Shown piece after piece: positions 24,101 through 32,966 of a stretch of DNA of 64,000 bases. Every line of letters begins with the position of its first letter. The stretch's first letter is position 1. Below the pieces are notes generated by a model. That model worked only from the letters and a program-made list of their open reading frames with translations. It searched no databases and was not told the DNA's origin. Position numbers and translations under genes: made by a program. Source of the stretch: a virus. The stretch is from the IMG/VR virus record IMGVR_UViG_3300027969_000060, positions 32,001-96,000 of that record; one strand, given 5' to 3'.

Positions 24101-26125
24101 GTCAAACGCAATACTACTGCCGCCAAACTTGCTTTGTGTTGCGCTGACTGCGGCGTTGCCGTTGACTGTAATTGTCTTAGGTAGTCTTGATATAGTTGAC
24201 GGAAAAGCAAAGTCTGGTTGGGTTGCTATACTAGCATAATCGCCTGTGCCGTCTAGTGCCAAACTTGCCGTGCCAAATTTCTTAACTGCTGTGGAAAGTT
24301 TAGCGTTGCCTTGAGCGTATACTGTTTTTCCTGCACGGTCTGTAATTGTTTCAAATCCTAGTTGTCTGCCAGTAAGATTTACATAATTCCCGTCAATACT
24401 TGAAATAACACCGCTAGCTAACAGTGTTGAGCCGTTAGTATCATAGTAACTTACAGTATTTCCTACTGCCCAAGTACCCACTCTTGTATTAATTCTTAAG
24501 TGTGTTTTACCTTGTTGTGCAAAACCATAATTATTTGATGATGCATACATACCGCGAGTTGCAAAGTATGTAAACGAGTTTAACCACTCAACTCGAACGC
24601 CGTTAGTTGCGGTGATAGTATCAACACCCGGAGTAATAAACGTTGCGTTATGAAACAGCATACTTGCTTCTTTGCTTAGTACATTTGCGTATGCCCCGTC
24701 AATATATGCGCCTTTACCTGCGTTACCTGCGTTAAATCCCAATGGGTCACTTAGGCTAGTTACTGAACCTTTTGTAATAACCGATACGTTTCGAATATAT
24801 GGACTACGACTACTTACAGTTAATCCGCTAGCAAAACGGAAAGCGTATCCGTTATCTGGAAATACTCGTGTGCTACCATTACAACTAAATGTTAAGTTTG
24901 ATAAGAAGATAGTACCGGTAGCTGTGCCGCCAGCATGAGTAACAGTTGTTATTCCTGTTAAGTAATTATAAGTTGCTGTAATAACAGCATAGTCAGTGCC
25001 GTTAACGTTAACTGTGCCGCCACTAGTATAAGTATGTGCAAACGGTGATGTTCCAGCATTAAATGTTACGGATCCGCTAGATGCACTAGTAACTGTAAAA
25101 TAATTTCCGTTGCTAAAGAAATCAGCAACAGTTAAATCTTCAATTGTAGTTTCGCCGTTTAATACAAATGCATCATTGTATTGAGTTGCAACCGTTGGGA
25201 CAATTTTAACTGCTCGAATACCAGCGCCTCGAACAGATATACCTACATTAACTATTAGAGGAAATTCTTCAGTATAAATTCCTGGATAGATGTAAACTAC
25301 ATCACCGGAAGAAGCTAATGATAAAGCATGTTTAATTGTGAGTACAGGGTTATTTTCATGTAGTCCTGCATTGCTATCATTTCCTGCCTCTGCAACATAA
25401 ATGATATTTCCTTGAGGTAATGCTAAATCAATACCATTAACAGTAATGCTATTTGAATTAAAATTAGTTGCTTGTATGTCGTGTATGTAGGCTGTTTTCC
25501 ATGCTTGGGTAACACTACCTAAATCCCATTTAGGATCACCAATTGCATGACTTCCCGGGACTCCGGGATCACCAGCTTGCCATACTTCTGGAATTACATT
25601 ACTATTAATATCTGCATTAAAAATAACGTTGTCGTTATTAGCACTTCCAATAGTAATATCGCCATCGGCTGTAATATTTCCAGTAGCGTGTAAATTTCCG
25701 TTAACAAGCATATCGCTGTTAACATTAACTTGTCCGGTACCTGAAGTATTAAATTCTAAGTCAGCGTCAGCATCAGTAGTTGATATTGCGTTAGTAGTAA
25801 CTTGTAAATTGTCATTAACAAGTAATTTACCTTGATAAACTACTGGATTAGAACCACTAGGTTCTAAATTAATTGTTCCGTTAGAACTAGCAATTGTATC
25901 GCCGCTAATTGTAAATGTAGCAATGTCTGCTTGATTGTCTACTATTAAATTTGTAGTACGAGTTGTTCCGTTAACTTCTAGGTCGTGCCCGGGTGTTGCA
26001 GTATTAATACCAATACGGCCATTAACAACATCTAGATAAAGTAAGTTCGTCTCAAAAGCAAGATTCACACCTTCTCGAAGAAGGTTTGCCTTTAAGAGCG
26101 GACCCGTAATGCGACCAACAGCCAT
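21173..26125 (-). CDS. Tail fibre-like structural protein with pectin-lyase-like and two LamG/concanavalin-A-like domains (1650 aa)
   Basis: IYVAEAGND...TIKHAL..A..GD..YIYPGIYTE; LamG signatures FDGTGDY, DFTIEGW, WxHVA.xR, F.GYIDD.RVS..ARY; G-N-I-T shaft repeats; GMIRYN-type C-terminal motifs. Confidence 0.8.
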   Translation of the reverse strand: MAVGRITGPLLKANLLREGVNLAFETNLLYLDVVNGRIGINTATPGHDLEVNGTTRTTNLIVDNQADIATFTISGDTIASSNGTINLEPSGSNPVVYQGKLLVNDNLQVTTNAISTTDADADLEFNTSGTGQVNVNSDMLVNGNLHATGNITADGDITIGSANNDNVIFNADINSNVIPEVWQAGDPGVPGSHAIGDPKWDLGSVTQAWKTAYIHDIQATNFNSNSITVNGIDLALPQGNIIYVAEAGNDSNAGLHENNPVLTIKHALSLASSGDVVYIYPGIYTEEFPLIVNVGISVRGAGIRAVKIVPTVATQYNDAFVLNGETTIEDLTVADFFSNGNYFTVTSASSGSVTFNAGTSPFAHTYTSGGTVNVNGTDYAVITATYNYLTGITTVTHAGGTATGTIFLSNLTFSCNGSTRVFPDNGYAFRFASGLTVSSRSPYIRNVSVITKGSVTSLSDPLGFNAGNAGKGAYIDGAYANVLSKEASMLFHNATFITPGVDTITATNGVRVEWLNSFTYFATRGMYASSNNYGFAQQGKTHLRINTRVGTWAVGNTVSYYDTNGSTLLASGVISSIDGNYVNLTGRQLGFETITDRAGKTVYAQGNAKLSTAVKKFGTASLALDGTGDYASIATQPDFAFPSTISRLPKTITVNGNAAVSATQSKFGGSSIAFDGTGDYLSLATDTDYGFGTGDFTIEGWFYKTAVSTQYLFDTRTTLTENSVVVQSNGSGSLRLFVNGAFVLTSSNAHTNNAWNHVAISRASGVTRFFINGVVSTATYTDTTNYGTTKPLVVGAQYNGTTAFNGYIDDFRVSNTARYTATFTPTTTAFVDDFNTKLLVNGNSTIVDDASYGTATDFTIEGWIYPTAAGTYRTLFDFRSAAIEKSIYLAINTSNQLYLYVNGVITITTAATVSLSTWTHVALVRRNASTKIYLNGTQSGSSWADITDYGTTKPLRIGADYSGAYGFTGYIDDVKISKGVARYTTTFTAPTTALTGDLGTVLLLHFNGNNNSTTILDDGITFQDLRTSAGGTATLIDFADYSDFGAEIRSIASASVYGNYGVYGDGPGVIAYLISQNFAYIGAGKLSTNDPNDRIAANEVVELNDAKIYYTSVDNEGNFKVGDNFYINQKTGEVLFNNQNLTVTSLTGVTFTDGTHTTTITSTDITTGNIRIHDNNIDSTTGQIDVTAANGVINLQNNTFVTGNLDVTGDITIGGNITIGDQSTDTINFVASIDSSLIPSLTAFYDLGTSLLRWNTAFLSRAEIDGVIIDSNQISTSIGNDDLTLTAAGAGRIYIPSNNVQIDQNLTVTQNLTVTSGTTYLKNTTVTGNITQTGNINQTGNFVTSGNTQVTGNITGSTYLQLSQIRLENNVISTTVTDLDLELRANGIGNVVLEGIKFSDNNIQSIVTDSNITLVPQGTGGVIINSNQSIQVPVGTTAQQPGTPSNGMIRYNSDLTRYEGYNNGYWVKLGGLQDVDGNTKIIAEATPGANDNTLYFYADGNLTATIDSTKLFTQRFQTVNLDLYSNTITPVLADSNLNLTTTGTGGVRLGNLKIFNNTITNIVSGAITEFSETGTGYVRIAGSNGVVIPSGDVLNDRPAVPEIGMIRFNTYDNLVEVFNGVTWSSVAGASGGVTSLEATEIGIASALIFG

Positions 26126-26260
26126 GAGCTCTCCTCGTACCCCGTGTTACACGGTTAACCACCTTTGAGCTTGCGCTCGCATCCTAAATTTTACTTAGGC
26201 TCTTTGCGGGTTTACCACAGTCGAATATCGTAAAAACTTGGTCAGTTCTTACAGTAATAG
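26126..26260 (-). ncRNA. Candidate structured 5' leader (cis-regulatory RNA)
   Basis: 135 nt between the ATAAATA box (26261-26267) and the start codon, including the GAGGAG RBS (26131-26136). Stems GUAAGAACU/AGUUUUUAC, CCUAAG/UUUAGG inside CGCA/UGCG, GAGC-GCAA-GCUC, CCGUG-UAA-CACGG. Confidence 0.5.
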
Positions 26261-26280
26261 TATTTATCGGATTGGGCTTT

Positions 26281-29200
26281 TTAGCCTAGGACAAGGCCCC
26301 ATAAGTCCATAATATCAAGGACTTCGGAGAGAGGTGCGGCCCCTAAAGTACCAACGGCTGGGATCCAATTAGTACCGTCAAAAACTTCCATATAGTTTAT
26401 TTGGCTGTTATATCTAACTTCGCCAAGAGCTGGAGTTAGTCTGCGTTGACTAGTATCACCATATGGAAATACTACTCCGGCGGTTCCTGTAAACTTTACA
26501 TACCCTGTGCCTGTACTTTGAAGTGTTACTGCTCCTGCGGCAGTATTTGTAATACTGTCGTCTTTAAATAATAACCCGTTAACATTTATAGAGCCTGTAC
26601 CTGTAGGTTGAAATACTGTATCAGAATTTGTAACAGGGTTGTTAATAGTATTTCCAGATAGTATAAAATTACCAACTTGCAGTACAGCATCTGACATCAT
26701 AGTTGATGTAATAGTTGCTTTAAGAGCGTTATTAACAACAAATCTTAATGTGTTATCATTAGTGCCGATGGTTAATTCTGGAGTAATATATGTATTTTTA
26801 TCAGTGCTGTAGACGTTTACAAAACTTTCAGTTCCGGTAGACAAATAACCTTCGTATGCTTGAGTTGTGCTATTTTGTCTAATTTCGCCAGGTGCAGAAA
26901 GTACCTTTGTTGAGTCATTACTATAGGGTATTTTTAAATATTTTGTTGAGTTAACTACTACATTGCCTGTTCCATTAGGAGTAAAATATATACTTTTTTG
27001 ACTGTTTGTAGTTGCACCAGTCCAGTTATTTGTAATAACATTATCTTTAATCTTTAACTTTTGGTCAACAATAATGCTACCGTTGTTATTAGCTACAACT
27101 TCTAAATCAGTTGCAGGCGCTATTGTAGTAATAATATTATTTTGTATTTTAATGCTAGGAACTTGGAAATATGATCCTGCTCCTAAAATATTAATATCAG
27201 CATTACCAAACAATCCAGTAATATAAGTATCGCCAGTTTGTCCAATATCGCCAGTAAGTGTTAGTGTTTTTGGAGATAATATTGTTCCAATTTCTACATA
27301 TTGTAGACTGGTTGTACCGTTAACAGTTGCCGTTGTTCCGCCTACTGTTAAACTTTGATCTGCTTGTACATCTGTAGATGTTACTTTAACTGTACCTGTG
27401 CCCGCGGCAACAAATCTTAAATCTGTTCCGCTAGTTAACGTAGAAATTGTATTGTTAGTTACTTGTGTAACACCGTCAATGTCTAGTGTAGTTAAAAAAG
27501 CAGTGCGCCATATTCTAGGATCAATAAGATCGTTATTGCCTAATGAGTATGTTCTATCAAGTTTAGGATTGATATTTTGTGTTAGTTTTGGAAATACAGT
27601 AACTAAATCGTATTTTGTATCACCTAAGTATACATTGCCGTCAACATACGTATTGCCGGTTACTCCAATGTTTCCAGTTACAAATACGTTTGTGTTAAGA
27701 TTAGTTGTACCGTTAGCGGCAAAAAAGTTTACTGGGCCTATTAACGACTGAATTTCATTATCGTGAATCCTGATATTTCCAGTTTGTATCTTTGTTGCAT
27801 CAATAATAGTTTGGCCGTTAGGGCTATCAAACGTAATATTTCCGCCAGCTGTAAAACTAATTGACTGTGCATTAAATGTTACATTACCAGTTTGTTGGTC
27901 AACATAAAATACATCACCGACTCGAAAATTACCCTTATGGTCCATGCTGTCATAGTACAGCTGGCCGCCATTAATTGCTATGATTTCATTGGCTTGTAAG
28001 GTTAACTGATCGTCATTTTGACTGTCAGTGCCCGACCCAATATAACCAAAGTTATGTCCAATTAAGTATCCTAACGTGTCTGCGCCATCAGCTCTTGCGC
28101 CATATGTACCATATACGTTAGCTGATCCAATACTGCGCATCTCTGCGCCAAATTTTAATCCTAAACTAGCAAAACCCAGTGTACCTTGTGTTAAATTTAT
28201 ACCTATGTTGGCAAAGTATGTAAACGAGTTTAACCACTCGACCCGGGCACCGTTTGTTGCTGTTATGCCGTCGGCACCTGGAACAATAAAGGTCACGGCA
28301 CTGAATAACATAGTTGCGGTGTTTGATGATGGGTCTGCTACACTGCCGTCTACTAATGCGCCTCTTCCTGCGTTAGGCGCCGTGTTAATAACTGTTATGT
28401 TTAGAACATAGGGACTACGAGTAGTAGTTGTAAATCCTTGTGCTAATCTAAATCCGTAACCGGTATCATTAACGCTATCGTACTTAACTCCACTAACTGC
28501 TAGATTGCTAACAGTTGTTTCTCCATTAAGCAAAAATGCATCTTTATCACTAGTTCCAACGGTTGGACTAATGGTAACTGCTCTAATGCCAGCACCACTT
28601 ACACTAACACCTTGTGGTATAGTTAGCGGAAATTCTTCAACATACGTACCTGGAAATATTACAATGTTATCTCCGGCAACGGCTTGACTTAGAGCATATT
28701 TTATTGTTCTATAAGTTGCGTGTAAATGGTCTCCGTAATAAAGATCGTCACCATTAATGCTAACATAGATAGTATTACCTTGTGTCAACAACATATCAAT
28801 GTTGTTAACGGTCAACGTGTCTAAGGTTGTAGTATCAACTTCAATTGTATCAACGTATAACTTTTTCCACTGCTGACTAAGTTTACCTAAATCCCAAAAG
28901 TTATCATCGTTGGGTATAAAATCACTGTTAATGTCGGCTTCAAATACTACATTGTCAGTGTTACTATCACCAATTGTAATAGTACCGTCCCAGGTAATGT
29001 TACCTGTTGCGTGTAAGTTACCATTGACATTTACCCTGTCGGTATTAAAAACTACTCGGCCAGTGCCATCGGCAGTTAATTCGATATGTGTATCAACACT
29101 ACGAGTAGTAATTGCACGATCAAACAGGGTTAACTGACTAGTACGTACTTCGTTAGCAGTTATTGTTGGGTTGCTGAGTTGGTCAGGTACAATGTAAATC

Positions 29201-29484
29201 CTGCCAAGATCGTTTTGAATTTTGTAAGATACAAATCTTACATTGTCAAATTCGGCTTGAGTATCAACAAATAGTTCAGCATCACCGTTAATGTACGGAT
29301 TTGTACTGGTACGAGTAGTACCTACTACCTCTAATCGTTGAGAAGGACCTGCGGTGTTAACGCCAATACGGCCGTTACTAACATCAAGATAGAGTAGATC
29401 AGTTTCAAATGCAAGATCTGCGCCTTGGCGAAGTAAGTTCTTCGCCAACAGCGGGCCGCTAATTCTACCTAATTCTGCTCCCAT
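26281..29484 (-). CDS. Tail fibre-like structural protein (1067 aa), paralogue of 21173..26125 lacking LamG domains
   Basis: Shared GRI[ST]GPLL..NLLR.G..LAFET.LLYLDV.NGRIG N-terminus, pectin-lyase-like core and GEVRYN C-terminal motif. Confidence 0.78.
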   Translation of the reverse strand: MGAELGRISGPLLAKNLLRQGADLAFETDLLYLDVSNGRIGVNTAGPSQRLEVVGTTRTSTNPYINGDAELFVDTQAEFDNVRFVSYKIQNDLGRIYIVPDQLSNPTITANEVRTSQLTLFDRAITTRSVDTHIELTADGTGRVVFNTDRVNVNGNLHATGNITWDGTITIGDSNTDNVVFEADINSDFIPNDDNFWDLGKLSQQWKKLYVDTIEVDTTTLDTLTVNNIDMLLTQGNTIYVSINGDDLYYGDHLHATYRTIKYALSQAVAGDNIVIFPGTYVEEFPLTIPQGVSVSGAGIRAVTISPTVGTSDKDAFLLNGETTVSNLAVSGVKYDSVNDTGYGFRLAQGFTTTTRSPYVLNITVINTAPNAGRGALVDGSVADPSSNTATMLFSAVTFIVPGADGITATNGARVEWLNSFTYFANIGINLTQGTLGFASLGLKFGAEMRSIGSANVYGTYGARADGADTLGYLIGHNFGYIGSGTDSQNDDQLTLQANEIIAINGGQLYYDSMDHKGNFRVGDVFYVDQQTGNVTFNAQSISFTAGGNITFDSPNGQTIIDATKIQTGNIRIHDNEIQSLIGPVNFFAANGTTNLNTNVFVTGNIGVTGNTYVDGNVYLGDTKYDLVTVFPKLTQNINPKLDRTYSLGNNDLIDPRIWRTAFLTTLDIDGVTQVTNNTISTLTSGTDLRFVAAGTGTVKVTSTDVQADQSLTVGGTTATVNGTTSLQYVEIGTILSPKTLTLTGDIGQTGDTYITGLFGNADINILGAGSYFQVPSIKIQNNIITTIAPATDLEVVANNNGSIIVDQKLKIKDNVITNNWTGATTNSQKSIYFTPNGTGNVVVNSTKYLKIPYSNDSTKVLSAPGEIRQNSTTQAYEGYLSTGTESFVNVYSTDKNTYITPELTIGTNDNTLRFVVNNALKATITSTMMSDAVLQVGNFILSGNTINNPVTNSDTVFQPTGTGSINVNGLLFKDDSITNTAAGAVTLQSTGTGYVKFTGTAGVVFPYGDTSQRRLTPALGEVRYNSQINYMEVFDGTNWIPAVGTLGAAPLSEVLDIMDLWGLVLG

Positions 29485-29517
29485 AATTTACCCCTATAGT
29501 GTATTTATGGGGAAATA

Positions 29518-30276
29518 TTATTTGTCAAAGCCTATCAATACAGTTATAGGTTTACCAATCATACTTAGATATTCTGGGTCTGATGTGAAATTTAAATAAT
29601 AACCAGTTGGCGCTGTAAATGTTATAGCATGTCCAGTAAGAATATTTCCACCAGTCACAGGATTGTTTAGTGTAACAGTAGTTCCGTTAGTTACAGTTGC
29701 AGTTGTATTTGGAAGCAAATACGGAGATCCAGTTACAGTTGACCCGTTAGGAATAGCCGCTGTACTTGTAAATGTTAAAGTGGTTGCGCCAGCATTTGAA
29801 TCTGCGGTAGTAACTAGCCCTGCTGTTGGATTTTGATCTACAACATAGTTAGTGTTATAAATTTGAAATACGTTTTCAATAAACACTAAAATATTTTGGC
29901 CGCCAAACTGTCCAGCACCCTGCCCACCTGTAGGCGGCACATTGCTTGATATGTTTGTTGGATCGTACATTGAATTTAACGGTCCATAAAAGTAACTATA
30001 TCCATCTAACTGCCCTAGACTCTGCTGGATAATTTTGCTTGCTTCTTTAAATTTTATTGCTCGCCAAGTTGCCGAGCTTCCTTGATAAACTTCAACTTCG
30101 TCTGTGCCGGTATTGTATCTTATATTTCCAGAAATAGGTGAAGTAATAGTGCCAGTGCTTTTTGGCAATGTCATTACTGTGCTGTCTGCTAGTGTAAAAT
30201 TGTTACTAGTGTCTAGCGCCACACGACTATCGTAAATTGCTCTACGGTTAAGTGTTAACGTTTTTAAAAATCTCAT
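29518..30276 (-). CDS. Virion structural protein (fibre-related)
   Basis: GNIRYNTGTDEVEVY and QNILVFIENVFQ motifs; located in the structural operon. Confidence 0.55.
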   Translation of the reverse strand: MRFLKTLTLNRRAIYDSRVALDTSNNFTLADSTVMTLPKSTGTITSPISGNIRYNTGTDEVEVYQGSSATWRAIKFKEASKIIQQSLGQLDGYSYFYGPLNSMYDPTNISSNVPPTGGQGAGQFGGQNILVFIENVFQIYNTNYVVDQNPTAGLVTTADSNAGATTLTFTSTAAIPNGSTVTGSPYLLPNTTATVTNGTTVTLNNPVTGGNILTGHAITFTAPTGYYLNFTSDPEYLSMIGKPITVLIGFDK

Positions 30277-30280
30277 TGTT

Positions 30281-30601
30281 TTATACCGCCAATGTACTTA
30301 CTGTTGCTGTTAACCCACTTGCTGAACAAATGGCTCTAACCTCATCTCCGGTTGCCAATACTAATTTTTCTTGGTCAAAACTAACAGTATCGCCCGCTGG
30401 AACTATCAGCGCATTAACAATCATATTTGATGAACTTGCAGTTGTTCCTGGACTTGGGACAGCGTATAATGTTAAAGTTCTATCAGCTACACCTGTATTA
30501 CAAACAATGATAGTAGTAACAGCTCGAGCGCCGGTACCTGAATCTAATTTGTCTGAGCTGCCTGCTGATGTTGCTGTAATTACTTTGTTATAAATTGCCA
30601 T
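30281..30601 (-). CDS. Small beta-rich virion/fibre-associated protein (106 aa)
   Basis: AVTTIIVCNT...VPAGDTVSFDQEKLVLATGD; follows the 341-aa gene ending ALLFSILF. Confidence 0.55.
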   Translation of the reverse strand: MAIYNKVITATSAGSSDKLDSGTGARAVTTIIVCNTGVADRTLTLYAVPSPGTTASSSNMIVNALIVPAGDTVSFDQEKLVLATGDEVRAICSASGLTATVSTLAV

Positions 30602-30610
30602 GTTCTTTCC

Positions 30611-31636
30611 TTAAAATAGTATACTAAACAATAGTGCTCTATTCTTAGCTACTAGTTCGTCTGAGTTTCCGTAATTGGTAAAATATATACCTGTTTTACC
30701 TGGTGCTGGTGTTGTATCTGAATCTTTTGTATAAATTTTTGTTGAACCATATATTGCAGTCGGGCTTAACCCTTTATCGTCTAGTTGTAATACTGCATCA
30801 ACTTCGAGAGTATCGGTAAGCGCACTTAGAATTAAATTATTTCCTATACTAACATTAGTGATAGTATCTTCAAATATGTTTATATTACTGACAGTTACAC
30901 CAGTAGCTGTTACAGAGGCTATTAAAGTGTGTGCAATTTCAAAATCAATGTGATTTCCGTATGCCCTAATTGATGATGTGGCCGCTGTAATACTACCACT
31001 AATAGGATAATAAAGTCGGTCAACGGTAGCAATACCGCCAGATGCCGCCACATAATCGTTAACATATTGTTTATTAGGTATATCGTTTGGATCAATTATA
31101 CGATCTTCGTAATTGCTTAGACCAACTGTAGAGTTAACAATTCTTAACTTAGTAAGACTGTTACCCATATCAAATACCATATCGTAAGAATCTGGGGGGC
31201 TAATACTAGCTAGTCGGAGGCCGCTTAGGGCAGTATCAGTTGTTTGTAGTACAAAAGTTCCGTCTACCTGATCATTTAAAATTGGATCATAGTGGCTAAT
31301 ATTTTCGTCAAATAATAATTCAGCATCATATATTGTGCCAGAAGAGTGTGTGCGCTGTCCTCGATCAATCCTAATACCAGAGGTGCTACCGTTTAAGGTA
31401 ACACCTACGTTTGGTTCGCCATTATTAAGGATAATGATGTTGTCAGCAATACTAGCGTTAGTTGATTCAATAGTAGTAGTAGTTCCTAAAACGTCAAGAT
31501 TACCGGTGATAACTACAGTACCACGAGGATTATACGGATCATCTAAATCAGCCGTACCAACATCTAGCCAGATTTTCCCCCCGGACTTTACCTGTAATCT
31601 ATAATTACTATCACTAACTTTTAGTATTCTTGACAT
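30611..31636 (-). CDS. Virion structural protein (fibre/neck-appendage related, 341 aa)
   Basis: VVITGNLDVLGTTTTIES....IADNIIILN.GE...G..IDRG and DIPNKQYVNDYV motifs typical of phage fibre proteins. Confidence 0.6.
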   Translation of the reverse strand: MSRILKVSDSNYRLQVKSGGKIWLDVGTADLDDPYNPRGTVVITGNLDVLGTTTTIESTNASIADNIIILNNGEPNVGVTLNGSTSGIRIDRGQRTHSSGTIYDAELLFDENISHYDPILNDQVDGTFVLQTTDTALSGLRLASISPPDSYDMVFDMGNSLTKLRIVNSTVGLSNYEDRIIDPNDIPNKQYVNDYVAASGGIATVDRLYYPISGSITAATSSIRAYGNHIDFEIAHTLIASVTATGVTVSNINIFEDTITNVSIGNNLILSALTDTLEVDAVLQLDDKGLSPTAIYGSTKIYTKDSDTTPAPGKTGIYFTNYGNSDELVAKNRALLFSILF

Positions 31637-31651
31637 TTATTATCCTTAAGT

Positions 31652-31669
31652 TGGGGACCTAAGTCCCCA
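31652..31669. other. Intergenic GC hairpin without U-tract (possible mRNA stability/processing element)
   Basis: TGGGGAC-CTAA-GTCCCCA between 31677..32870 and 30611..31636. Confidence 0.5.
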
Positions 31670-31676
31670 TGCCTAA

Positions 31677-32870
31677 TTAAGCGTTTTCAATCTGTACACG
31701 GTTACCAGATGCGGCTGCAAATGACCACTGAGCTGTTGTGCCATTGGCCACCAACCAGGTTGATTCATTATTTGTCCACTGTGTTAACAATGCTTTGTGC
31801 GCTGTTAGTTTAGTTACAAAATATGTGTTGCCATTGGCGTCAGTTGCTTTGATATAAGCTTCAAACGTTGCTGGAGTATCGTCGGCTACTAATTTACAAA
31901 CTGCTGTACCGTCAGTTGTTTTAACTTTGTAACGACGACCTGAAGTTTGTTTAATAATATCACCAACACGAACTGTAGCTTCAGCATCAATTTTAGCACG
32001 GATGATAATTGCATTTTCTTGATTAGTTGCTGAACCAACGTTGCCGCTGTCAGTTGTTAGAACTGCTGTAGCAACTGCGCCAGTGCCGCCACTGAATGTT
32101 ACTTGAGCGTCTACTGGACTAGTATAACCAGAACCTTTTTCTGTTACTGTAACACTTAGTAGACCCATTGTAATATCAGCTTTAGCACCTGTACCAGTTG
32201 CTGGGCTAATTGATGTTAGTGTACCTGCGGCACCTGTGCTTGGAAATGCTGTGTATGAACCAGCCACTGTTACTGTACCAAAAGAGTAAACACCCCATGT
32301 TAAGTTAAACGTGGCGCCGCTGCCGTCTGCGTCAATACCTGTGCCTTGAGCGGTTGTACCGCTGACCGGATTCGCTGGAACAGCGGCGTCTCTACGACCG
32401 TTTTGAGTAACTGTAAATGTTAAAATAGCGCCAGAACCGTCAACTGAGTCAACAGTAATGATTAACGACAATGGCCAACCTGCACCTTGCATTGTAATAG
32501 TGTTGCCAGCTTCATAATCAACACCGCCGGCAACTTTAGCTACGGTTACTGTGACAACTGACGCAACTGGAGCACGAGCTTTAGTTGTTTGTGTACCTGT
32601 GTATACTTCTAAGATATTGCCTACGTCATATCCTGTGCCGTTCGCTGTTGTGGCAAACGATAATGCTTTATATCGTGTAGTACCTGTAACTTGAACACCG
32701 CCTGGAATATCCGGTGCGGCAAGTGTAACTGTTGGCGCCGTAGTCCAACCTGATCCTGCGTTAGATACTGTGTAACTTGCTACACCTTCGCCGCCAATCT
32801 TATTGTCTGATGTGCCTGTGGTACCGATGTTGCGGTTACCAAAATATTTTTTATTCAAACTACGAGCCAT
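31677..32870 (-). CDS. Virion structural protein (possible head fibre/decoration; T/G/A-rich, 397 aa)
   Basis: Strong AAGGAG RBS, own late-promoter box, GSGY/GTGY beta repeats, C-terminal IIKQTSGRRYKV domain; near the capsid gene. Confidence 0.55.
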   Translation of the reverse strand: MARSLNKKYFGNRNIGTTGTSDNKIGGEGVASYTVSNAGSGWTTAPTVTLAAPDIPGGVQVTGTTRYKALSFATTANGTGYDVGNILEVYTGTQTTKARAPVASVVTVTVAKVAGGVDYEAGNTITMQGAGWPLSLIITVDSVDGSGAILTFTVTQNGRRDAAVPANPVSGTTAQGTGIDADGSGATFNLTWGVYSFGTVTVAGSYTAFPSTGAAGTLTSISPATGTGAKADITMGLLSVTVTEKGSGYTSPVDAQVTFSGGTGAVATAVLTTDSGNVGSATNQENAIIIRAKIDAEATVRVGDIIKQTSGRRYKVKTTDGTAVCKLVADDTPATFEAYIKATDANGNTYFVTKLTAHKALLTQWTNNESTWLVANGTTAQWSFAAASGNRVQIENA

Positions 32871-32958
32871 TTTATTTTCTCCTTAAGAAATCACGGCGTT
32901 CTAGGCCGTACGCGGTTGCTGTTCCGCATAAAACTTACCCTGTGTAAGTCATACAATG
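32871..32958 (-). ncRNA. Candidate structured 5' leader with three tandem hairpins
   Basis: GACUUAC/GUAAGUU (32932-32950), UGCGG/CCGCG (32911-32928) and ACGGC-CUAGAAC-GCCGU (32893-32909), between the ATAAATA box (32959-32965) and the RBS. Confidence 0.45.
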
Positions 32959-32966
32959 TATTTATG

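Noticed and set aside
31652-31669. Rho-independent terminator
   Set aside because: The hairpin lacks a U-tract on the coding strand, so it is reported only as a hairpin.
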